64,000 bases of DNA from Malacoraja senta (lineage: Eukaryota), in NCBI GenBank assembly GCA_038087875.1, contig CM075981.1, positions 15,810,001-15,874,000 of the forward strand. The letters are read 5' to 3'. The first letter of the stretch is position 1. Every line of letters begins with the position of its first letter. A model generated the notes under the pieces. That model did not search any database and had not been told where the DNA came from. It worked only from the letters and a program-made list of their open reading frames with translations. Below, one piece after another: positions 55,601-61,720 of this stretch. A program made the position numbers and the translations under genes.

Positions 55601-58600
55601 GTCTGTGATGTGTCTCAACGTGTCCAAGATATCCTGAAAGGGGAGGGAGAGGAGCCCGAGGTCGTGGTACATATAGGTACCAATGACATAGGTAAAAAAG
55701 AGAAGAGGTCCTGAAAGGAGAATTTAGGGAGTTAGGAGGGGAGTTAAGGAGTAGGACAGCAAAGGTAACAATCTCGGGATTACTGCCTGTGCCACGCGAC
55801 AGTGAGAGTAGGAATGGAGCGAGGTGGAGGATAAATGCGTGGCTGAAGGACTGGTGCAGAGGGCAGGGATTCAAAGTTCTGGATCATTGGGACCTCTTTT
55901 GTGGAAGGTGGCACCTGTACAAAAAGTATAGGTTGTACTTGAACCTGAGGGGGACCGATATCCTGGCGGGGAGATCTGCAAAGGCTACTGGGGAGACTTT
56001 AAACTAGAATGGTTGGGGGGGGGGACTCAAATAGAGAAAGCTATTTGACAGTGTGTGTGGCAGGAGGCAGAGTAGGAAAGCACTCAGACCCAACATGTAG
56101 GGGGGGAAGAAGAAAACAATAATAAACAGAGAATAAGAGGTGGTGGGGTTCTTAAATGGGTGAGCAGAGAAACAGAGGGGTGTAAAATGCGGGCGGAAGC
56201 AATAGGTAGCAAGGTGAAAAGTAAAAGTGGCAGGCAGACAAATCCAGGGCAAAAAATCAAAAAGGGCCCCTTTTCAACATAATTGTATAAGGGGTAAGAG
56301 CGTTGTAAAAACAAGCCTGAACGCGTTGTGTCTCAATGCAAGGAGCATTCGTAATAAGGTGGATGAGTTGAACGTGCAGATAGCTATTAATGATTATGAT
56401 ATAGTTGGGATCACGGAGACATGGCTCCAGGGTGACCAAGGCTGGGAGCTGAACATCCAGGGATATTCAATATTCAGGAGGGATAGAGAGAAAGCAAAAG
56501 GAGGTGGGGTAGCGTTGCTGGTTAGAGAGGAGATTAACGCAGTGGAAAGTAAGGACATTAGCTTGGAGGATGTGGAATCGGTATGGGTAGAGCTGCGAAA
56601 CTCTAAGGGGCAGAACACGCTGGTGGGTGTTGTGTACAGGCCACCTAGCAGTAGTAGTGAAGTTGGGGATGACATCAAACAGGAAATTAGAAATGCGTGC
56701 AACAAAGGCAAAACCGTTATAATGGGTGACTTCAATCTACATATAGATTGGGTGAATCAAATTGGCAGGGGTGCTGAGGAAGAGGATTTCTTGGAATGTA
56801 TGCCGCATAGTTATCTAAACCAACATGTAGAGGAACCAACGAGAGAGCAGGCTATTCTAGACTGGGTATTGAGTAATGAGGAAGGGTTAATTAGCAGTCT
56901 TGTTGTGCGTGCCCCCTTGGGCAAGAGTGACCATAATATGGTTGAGTTCTTCATTAGCATGGAGAGCGACATTGTTAATTCAGAAACAACGGTTCTGAAC
57001 TTAAAGAAAGGTAACTTTGAGGGTATGAGACGTGAATTGGCCAAGATTGACAGGCAATTAGTTCTAAAAGGGTTGACGGTGGATATGCAATGGAAGGCAT
57101 TTAATGACTGCATGAATGAACTACAACAATTGTTCATCTCAGTTTGGCAAAAGAATAAATCAGGGAAGGTAGTGCATCCGTGGATAACAAGGGAAATCAG
57201 GGATAGTATCAAAGTAAAAGATGATGCGTACAAATTAGCCAGAAAAAGCAGCATACCAGACGACTGGGAGAAATTCAGAGACCACCAGAGGAGGACAAAG
57301 GGCTTAATTAGGAAAGGGAAAATAGATTATGAAAGAAAACTGGCAGGGAACATAAAAACTGACTGCAAAATTTTTATAGATATGTGAAGAGAAAGAGATT
57401 AGTTAAAACAAATGTAGGTCCCTTGCATTCAGAAACAGGTGAATTGATCATGGGGAACAAGGATATGGCGGAACAATTGAATAACTACTTTGGTTCCGTC
57501 TTCACTAAGGAAGACATAAATAATCTGCCGGAAATAGCAGGGGACCACGGGTCAAAGGAGATGGAGGAACTGAGTGAAATCCAGGTTAGTCGGGAAGTGG
57601 TGTTGGGTAAATTGAATGGATTAAAGGTCGATAAATGACCAGGGCCGGATGGGCTGCATCCCAGAGTACTTAAGGAAGTAGCTCCAGAAATAGTGGATGC
57701 ATTAGTGATAATTTTTCAAAACTCTTTAGATTCTGGAGTAGTTCCTGAGGATTGGAGGGTAGCAAACGTAACCCCACTTTTTAAGAAGGGAGGGAGAGAG
57801 AAAACGGGGAATTACACACCAGTTAGTCTAACATCGGTAATGGGGAAACTGCTAGAGTCAGTTATTAAAGATGGGATAGCAGCACATTTTAAAAGTGGTG
57901 AAATCATTGGATAAATCAGCATGGATTTACGAAAGGTAAATCATGTCTGACGAATCTTATAGGATTTTTCGAGGATGTAACTAGTAGAGTGGATAAGGGA
58001 GAACCAGTGGATGTGTTGTATCTGGACTTTCAGAAGGCTTTCGACAAGGTCCCACATAAGAGATTAGTATACAAACTTAAAGCACACGGTATTGGTGGTT
58101 CAGTATTGATGTGGATAGAGAACTGGCTGGCAAACAGGAAGCAAAGAGTAGGAGTAAACGGGTCCATTTCACAATGGCAGGCAGTGACTAGTGGGGTACC
58201 GCAAGGCTCAATGCTGGGACCCCAGCTATTTACAATTTATATTAATGAGCTGGATGAGGGAATTGAAGGCAACATCTCCAAGTTTGCGGATGACACTAAG
58301 CTGGGGGGCAGTGGTAGCTGTGAGGAGGATGCTAGGAGACTGCAAGGTGACTTGGATAGGCTGGGTGAGTGGGCAAATGTTTGGCAGATGCAGTATAATG
58401 TGGATGAATGTGAGATTATCCACTTTGGTGGCAAAAACAGGAAAGAAGACTATTATCTAAATGGTGGCCGATTAGGAAAAGGGGAGATGCAGCGAGACCT
58501 GGGTGTCATGGTACACCAGTCATTGAAAGTAGGCATGCAGGTGAAGCAGGCAGTGAAGAAAGCGAATGGTATGTTAGCTTTCATAGCAAAAGGATTTGAG

Positions 58601-60840
58601 TATAGGAGCAGGGAGGTTCTACTGCAGTTGTACAGGATCTTGGTGAGACCACACCTGGAGTATTGCGTACAGTTTTGGTCTTCAAATCTGAGGAAGTACA
58701 TTATAGCCACAGAGGGAGTGCAGAGAAGGTTCACCAGACTGATTCCTGGGGTGTCAGGACTTTCATATGAAGAAAGACTGGATAGAATTGGCTTATACTC
58801 GCTAGAATTTAGGAGATTGAGAGGGGATCTTATAGAAACGTACAAAATTCTTATGGGGTTGGACAGGCTAGATGTAGGAAGATTGTTCCCGATGTTGGGG
58901 AAGTCCAGGACAAGGGATCACAGCTTAAGGATAAGGGGGAAATCCTTTAAGACCGAGATGAGATTTTTTTTTTCACACAGAGAGTGGCGAATGTCTGGAA
59001 TTCTCTGCCACTGAGGGTAGTTGAGGCCAGTTCATTGGCTATATTTAAGAGGGAGTTAGATGCGGCCCTTGTGGCTAAAGGGATCAGGGGGGTATGAAGA
59101 GAAGGCAGGTACGGGATACTGAGTTGGATTATCAGCCATGATCATATTGAATGGCGGTGCAGGCTCGAAGGGCCGAATGGCCTACTCCTGCACCTATTTT
59201 CTATGTATCTATGTATCTATAATGGCAGGATAATAACCGACCCCTGAAGTTAGGAATGAGAAGGACCTAATTATCGATTCCAGCAAGCAAGGCGAAATAC
59301 ATGACTAATCAGCATCCACAGCGCCGAAGTGGAATTGTGTAAATGGCTGAGGGCTTCGCATTCGTTGGCTTTAATATGACCAAACATCTGTCTTGAACCA
59401 ACCACATAAATGCGATTGCCAACAAGGGACAACAACTTCGCTACTTGCTGGGAAGATTGTGGAAAAATCGGCAAATTTACAATTATTCTTACAAACGTCC
59501 ATAGAAACAATGCTGTCGAGTTGCTACGTGTTTTGGTAAGGGGTATGCAATGCCCAAGACCGCTAGACACTGTCGAGAATTGAAGATGAAGTTGCTCAGT
59601 CCATCACCGAGAACAAACTTCCCACCATTGACTCCATCTACATTTCACGCTGCCTCTCAAACGCAGATAATATAATGAAAGACTTGTCTCACCCGGTCAT
59701 TCCTCCTTCTCACTGCTCCGCTCCCGCAAAGGGTACAGTAGATTGGACACGCGCACCATCAAACTCCGGAAATTCGTCTTGCCCTCTGTTACGAAGCCTC
59801 TTGTGTCCTTCCAAAAGGGCACAATTCCTCTCTACTGGATTGCGGACAGTGGAATTCCTCCATGAACCGCTGCGCTACAATGCTGAGAACTATATTCTGC
59901 TCTCCATATCTTCCTCTATCTATCTATTGTACTTGGATTTTCTTGACTGTATTGATGTATAGTCTGATATGATCTGTTTGGACAGCATGGGAAACCAAGC
60001 TCTTCACTGTACCTCGGCATAGATGACAATAGTAAACCTAAACCTAAATTGAAAACGCATCAGTTGTACATTCGGCATGAATTGTAAACCGACAGTACAT
60101 TTGGTTTATCAACGAATTGACACGGCGGTCCAGCTGATGTTTGCCGTTTTCCATCTGAGGGAGTCAATCGGCGAATCCAAAACTCCACACCAAGCCTGGG
60201 ATAATGCAGTTAGCAGTTCAAAATGATAATAGAGTTGTAAGTCTTTTGAGCAGTAATGTTCAGTAAGGAGGTGAGGAGGTGCCTGGTGAACTCACTGTGG
60301 TGGATGTTAATTTGTGTTTATTGTGTGTTTTGTTATTTATTATTATATGTATGACTGCAGGCAACGAAATTTCGTTCAGACCGAAACCTGTCCTATCCAT
60401 GTAACTGTCCAACTCTTTCTTAAACAATGGGATTGTCCCAGCCTCATTTAACTCCTCTGGCAGCTTGTTCCATACACCCACCACCCTCTATGTGAAAAAG
60501 TTACCCCTCAGATTCCTATTAAATATGTTCCTCTTCTCCTTGAGCCTATGTCCTCTGGTCCTCGATACCCCTAGTCTGGGTAAAAGACTGTAGATCGAGC
60601 CGATCTATTCCTGTCATGATTTTGTATACATCTATAATATCTCCCCTTATCCTCCTACGCTCCATGGAATAGAGACCCAGCCTACTAAACCTCTCCCTAG
60701 AGCTCACACCCTCTGGTCCTGGCAACATCCTCGTAAATCTTTTGTGAACCCTTTCAATATACCAGGAACTAATACGTTTGTCAATTTACAACGAACCTGG
60801 AGTGTACTCTTACCTTTTATTTTGCTGGTCAAAGTACTTT
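1653..60840 (-). CDS. Partial multi-exon gene: 16 alternating 27/36-nt phase-1 micro-exons encoding a 21-aa-repeat coiled coil (start and stop outside window)
   Basis: Spliced frame of 504 nt with no stops: [168 protein letters not shown]. Every exon has an AG acceptor (mostly pyrimidine-rich) and a GT donor. Confidence 0.85.
2250..2276 (-). CDS. Micro-exon E15 (27 nt), ELKLGKNGK
   Basis: tcgtgtttgacctag|AATTGAAACTCGGCAAAAATGGAAAAG|gtgtgt. Confidence 0.82.
2795..4210 (-). mobile_element. Degenerate Penelope-like retroelement
   Basis: RT remnant [35 protein letters not shown]. Reverse-complement homology to the GIY-YIG element at 33720-34980. Terminal hammerhead-like motif at 2891-2924. Confidence 0.85.
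4884..5860 (-). mobile_element. 5'-truncated CR1 LINE (RT C-terminus, 3'UTR, microsatellite tail)
   Basis: [26 protein letters not shown] and [14 protein letters not shown]; repeated ccatataa-type tail at 4884-4920. Confidence 0.92.
5950..11385 (+). mobile_element. Degenerate near-full-length CR1 LINE, its 5'UTR interrupted by a foldback element
   Basis: ORF1 remnant at 8298, APE remnant, RT motifs [13 protein letters not shown] and [15 protein letters not shown], and a 3' (tttctatg)n tail at ~11365-11385. Assigning 5950-6107 to the 5'UTR is inference. Confidence 0.85.
6108..8127. mobile_element. ~2-kb palindromic (foldback) non-autonomous DNA-transposon-like element with CT/GA low-complexity arms
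   Basis: 6108-~7007 is the reverse complement of ~7070-8127 (ggggccgac...gtcggcgcc) around a ~60-bp spacer. It is flanked on both sides by ACGT and has subterminal CCGAA-containing repeats. Confidence 0.85.
12364..12399 (-). CDS. Micro-exon E14 (36 nt), [12 protein letters not shown]
   Basis: cttgtttcttttag|AAGCTGCAACACTAAAAGATAATCTGCTGGATACAG|gttagc. Confidence 0.83.
12709..13194 (+). mobile_element. Short non-autonomous Helitron (probably nested in the 5' end of the next one)
   Basis: 5' a|TCTATCTATCTATATAC; 3' hairpin CAGACCC-AAC-GGGTCTG (13166-13182), then CTAG|t. Internal ~35-bp tandem repeats (ccgattttctccgaaaacgacgccatc). Confidence 0.8.
13195..14998 (+). mobile_element. Non-autonomous Helitron with C/A-rich low-complexity interior
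   Basis: 5' tatacctataaaactctc; degenerate 3' hairpin ggaaccaacgggtctc followed by acttagtCTTG|t. Ends are homologous to 42189-43427. Confidence 0.75.
15228..15254 (-). CDS. Micro-exon E13 (27 nt), ELHLGKKEK
   Basis: tcgtgttccacctag|AATTACATCTCGGCAAAAAAGAAAAAG|gtgagc. Confidence 0.85.
15510..18825. mobile_element. Cluster of nested CR1 fragments on both strands (+ 3' ends at ~15735-16235, ~16390-16955, ~16960-17535; - fragments at ~15510-15730, ~16236-16385, ~17540-17670, ~18440-18825)
   Basis: RT C-terminal motifs in the ORF track ([48 protein letters not shown]) and (tttctatg)n tails. Confidence 0.85.
17680..18440 (-). mobile_element. GC-rich non-autonomous retroposon (SINE-like) with LINE-type 3' tail
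   Basis: Minus-strand tail ...ctcgtatgttgcaaaacatacttggctAATAAAacatgcttatgtttatg. The 3' body is homologous to 32316-33125 and 37846-38840. It interrupts a minus-strand CR1. Confidence 0.6.
20173..20208 (-). CDS. Micro-exon E12 (36 nt), [12 protein letters not shown]
   Basis: ttccgtttattttag|AAGTTGGGATACTAAAAGACAATCTGCATGATACAG|gtcagc. Confidence 0.83.
20532..20945 (+). mobile_element. CR1 3' fragment
   Basis: [18 protein letters not shown] and 3'UTR gggccaaagggcctgtttccacactgtatcact. Confidence 0.85.
21184..21210 (-). CDS. Micro-exon E11 (27 nt), ELKFDKKVK
   Basis: tcgtgtttcacgtag|AACTAAAATTCGACAAAAAAGTGAAAG|gtgagc. Confidence 0.85.
21795..22030 (+). mobile_element. Penelope-like 3'-terminal fragment with hammerhead-like motif
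   Basis: cccagcggtatgaacattg...cagtCTGAAGAagggtctcgagccGAAAcgtg; homologous to 34730-34950. Confidence 0.8.
22662..22697 (-). CDS. Micro-exon E10 (36 nt), [12 protein letters not shown]
   Basis: ttttcgctctttcag|ATATAGCAAAGCTGAAAGACCAAATCGCGGATGTTG|gtgagg. Confidence 0.85.
22740..22899. other. Assembly gap (160 N)
   Basis: Run of n between exons E9 and E10. Confidence 1.
22955..27040 (-). mobile_element. Young near-full-length CR1 LINE with internal deletions; sister of 54592-59220
   Basis: ORF1 N-terminus (CSGC...CARC) fused by deletion to the inter-ORF/APE region. APE and RT ORFs at 24596-25453, 24132-24599 and 23395-23970; (catagata)n tail. Confidence 0.95.
26611..27040 (-). repeat. 90-bp tandem monomers in CR1 5'UTR (~4.8 copies)
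   Basis: Units start at 26611, 26701, 26791, 26881 and 26971 (ccttt(t/g)taactc...gccccgcgct). Confidence 0.95.
27865..27891 (-). CDS. Micro-exon E9 (27 nt), EQRLSSAEL
   Basis: tacgcttttttacag|AACAAAGATTAAGCAGTGCGGAACTAA|gtgagt. Confidence 0.82.
28156..30540 (-). mobile_element. Older CR1 fragment (~28156-28840 and ~30067-30540) interrupted by a younger CR1
   Basis: RT remnants on both sides join as acaaGGACATccgggtctcg. Confidence 0.85.
28841..30066 (-). mobile_element. Young 5'-truncated CR1 with open 371-aa RT/C-terminal ORF
   Basis: [27 protein letters not shown] and KFADDT; (catagaaa)n tail; GGACAT duplicated at 28838-28843 and 30065-30070. Confidence 0.95.
31645..31680 (-). CDS. Micro-exon E8 (36 nt), [12 protein letters not shown]
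   Basis: ttatttccctcccgcag|AACTGGAAATAATGAAAAAAAATGTCCATGATCGAG|gtaaat. Confidence 0.85.
32316..33125 (-). mobile_element. GC-rich non-autonomous retroposon with L2-like (TTAC)n tail
   Basis: Minus-strand tail atgtaaagaacgttggtttcaacgcaagttgatatatacgtgctacataAATAAAaattacttacttac; body collinear with 38160-38770. Confidence 0.65.
33720..35280 (+). mobile_element. Penelope-like retroelement (RT C-terminus plus GIY-YIG endonuclease), degenerate, with partly repeated terminus
   Basis: FDDCIG...[32 protein letters not shown] and [38 protein letters not shown]. The terminal segment recurs at ~34850-34950 and ~35195-35280. Confidence 0.92.
35511..35537 (-). CDS. Micro-exon E7 (27 nt), EAKRFSNVR
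   Basis: tttttatgtcattttag|AGGCAAAGCGTTTCAGCAATGTCAGAG|gtgaga. Found where the alternation predicted a missing 27-mer; its peptide is the most divergent. Confidence 0.75.
35982..36226. mobile_element. Possible solo LTR
   Basis: TGTTG...CAACA termini and an internal aatatataa followed by a CT-rich tract. Flanks atta/atga would be an imperfect 4-bp TSD. Confidence 0.35.
36570..36880 (+). mobile_element. Penelope-derived terminal fragment with mutated hammerhead-like core
   Basis: agtCTGAAGAagggtctcgacccGAGAcgtcaccc...ccagcattttgtgtcta; homologous to the reverse complement of 2800-3130. Confidence 0.75.
37140..37210. repeat. (TG/CG)n compound microsatellite
   Basis: tgtgtgcgtgtgtttgtgtgcgcgcgcgcatacgtgcgtgtgtgt. 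Confidence 0.9.
37386..37716. mobile_element. PIF/Harbinger-like MITE with right terminus eroded
   Basis: taa|AGGGCCTGTCCCAC. atacgcgacctttacaggcgactgcc is inverted as ggtaggcgccggtaaaggtcgcgtat; internal cacgacc repeats. Confidence 0.6.
37846..38840 (-). mobile_element. GC-rich non-autonomous retroposon with L2-like tail
   Basis: Minus-strand head ggaggagccatcttgggg; tail gcaaggcgtccttgagagtctttgaaaggcgcccataagt. Confidence 0.65.
39015..39050 (-). CDS. Micro-exon E6 (36 nt), [12 protein letters not shown]
   Basis: gcgtcttccttgcag|AGATTCACGAAATAAAGAAAGATAATCTTGCATCCG|gtgagg. Confidence 0.82.
39672..40570 (+). mobile_element. 5'-truncated CR1
   Basis: [28 protein letters not shown]; (actctatg)n tail. 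Confidence 0.9.
41668..41780 (+). mobile_element. CR1 3'UTR fragment, ending ~12 bp from the E5 donor
   Basis: gttgggccgaagggcctatttccgcagtatcactataactctatgac. Confidence 0.8.
41793..41819 (-). CDS. Micro-exon E5 (27 nt), VENLNNKEK
   Basis: gtttgtataattgcaattag|TGGAAAACCTGAACAATAAAGAGAAAG|gtgagt. The polypyrimidine tract is weaker here. Confidence 0.78.
42189..43427 (-). mobile_element. Non-autonomous Helitron with C-rich interior
   Basis: Minus strand: a|TCTATCTATCTATACATAACTAAAGCTC ... hairpin gggacac-aac-gggtccc, then acttagtCCAG|t. Homologous to 13195-14998. Confidence 0.75.
43655..43690 (-). CDS. Micro-exon E4 (36 nt), [12 protein letters not shown]
   Basis: gcctttgcatcttag|AACTTGAAAAATGTAGAAGCAGTCTTCTCGATTCTG|gtgagt. 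Confidence 0.85.
44265..44785 (+). mobile_element. Penelope-like GIY-YIG fragment
   Basis: [26 protein letters not shown]. Confidence 0.85.
44790..50030. mobile_element. Old CR1 fragments on both strands (e.g. - ~46420-47735; + ~45600-46217 and ~47745-50030)
   Basis: [57 protein letters not shown] and [10 protein letters not shown]. Confidence 0.85.
46218..46368. other. Assembly gap (151 N)
   Basis: Run of n between exons E3 and E4. Confidence 1.
50520..50546 (-). CDS. Micro-exon E3 (27 nt), QRKLSGKDK
   Basis: cctatcttgtctctag|AAAGAAAGCTGAGCGGCAAAGATAAAG|gtaagg. Confidence 0.85.
51055..51090 (-). CDS. Micro-exon E2 (36 nt), [12 protein letters not shown]
   Basis: ccctttccttttgtcag|AACTGCAACAACTGAAAGAAAAATGTGAAGATATTC|gtgagt. 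Confidence 0.85.
52886..53489. mobile_element. PIF/Harbinger-like MITE with GC-rich interior
   Basis: taa|AGGCCTGTCTCAC ... GTAAGACAGAGCCT|tta; the terminus resembles that at 37386. Confidence 0.6.
53830..60048 (+). mobile_element. Old Rex-Babar/L2-type LINE (~53830-54591 and ~59221-60048) split by a young CR1
   Basis: RT remnant cacaagtttgcagataaaaccactgtcgtgggcc (KFAD.TTVVG) resumes after the CR1; tail gatgacaatagtaaacctaaacctaaa. Confidence 0.7.
54592..59220 (+). mobile_element. Young full-length CR1-clade LINE (5'UTR ~90-bp monomers, ORF1 Zn-finger plus SGNH esterase, ORF2 APE-RT) with several stops/frameshifts
   Basis: ORF1 [22 protein letters not shown] and [14 protein letters not shown]2 GITETWL, MGDFN, SDHN and KFADDT. 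(tatctatg)n tail; ATAA at both junctions (54588-54591, 59219-59222). Confidence 0.96.
60293..60385 (+). mobile_element. Short 3' fragment of the GC-rich non-autonomous retroposon family
   Basis: cactgtggtggatgttaatttgtgtttattgtgtgttttgtt matches the reverse complement of ~17760-17815. Confidence 0.5.
60387..60755 (-). mobile_element. CR1 3' fragment
   Basis: [32 protein letters not shown] and [10 protein letters not shown]. Confidence 0.85.
60814..60840 (-). CDS. Micro-exon E1 (27 nt), xSTLTSKIK
   Basis: gtgttcctattatcag|AAAGTACTTTGACCAGCAAAATAAAAG|gtaaga. The upstream intron resembles those of E11/E13/E15. Confidence 0.8.
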
Positions 60841-61209
60841 CTGATAATAGGAACACGGAAAATTTAAAAAAATAGATATATTTTGATTTGTTTCGGCATC
60901 CTTTGTCTTCAATATATTGATAGGTTAACTCCACAACAGTGATGAAGTGATTACGTTTGTCATCGAAAAGCAACAGCATTCATGTATATTTTTACCTGCC
61001 ACGAATGAGATCCATTTTAAGGGTGTTCACTGTACACCCAGCTTTCTTTGAAACTTAAAAAAATATATTTATCTTACTTCTGATATCTAGTTATTATTGA
61101 AACATTAATATAATTCCTCATTCCATATACATTTCCCGGTAAATCATTGCAGATAATCTCCAATGTGGTGAGATAAATTGAAGGGTTGTAAACTGAAAGG
61201 CCTCGATTA

Positions 61210-61720
61210 ACAATAGACAATAGGCAATAGTCAATATGTGCAGGAGTAGGCCATTCGGCCCTTCGAGCCAGCACCGCCATTCAATGTGATCATGGCTGAT
61301 CATCCCCAATCAGTACCCCGATCCTACCTTCGCCCCGTATGCCCTGTCTCCACTATTTTTAAGAGCACTATCTAGCTCTCTCTTGAAATCATCCAGAGAA
61401 TCTGCCTCCACCGCCCTAGGAGGCAGAGAATTCCACAGACTCACCAATCTCTGTGAGAAAAAGTGTTTCCTCGTCTCCGTTCAAATGGCTTACTCCTTAT
61501 TGTTAAACTGTGCCCCCTGGTTCTGGATTCCCCCAAAATCGGGAACAAACCCTGCCTCTAGCGTGTCCAAACCCTTAAAAGTCTTATATGTTTCAATGAG
61601 ACCATCTCTCATCCTTCTAAACTCCAGAGTGTACAAGCCCAGCTGCTCCATTCTCTCAGCATATGACAGCCCCGCCATCTCGGGAATTGACCTTGTAAAC
61701 CTACGCTGCACCGCCTCACT
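61210..61720 (-). mobile_element. CR1 3' fragment
   Basis: QRRFTRSIPEMAGLSYAERMEQLGLYTLEFRR; (caatag)n-type tail. Confidence 0.88.

Noticed and set aside
54592-59220. An autonomous, active CR1
   Set aside because: ORF1 and ORF2 are each broken by stops or frameshifts (ORF track breaks at 55714, 57387, 57638 and 57914), although some breaks could be sequencing errors.
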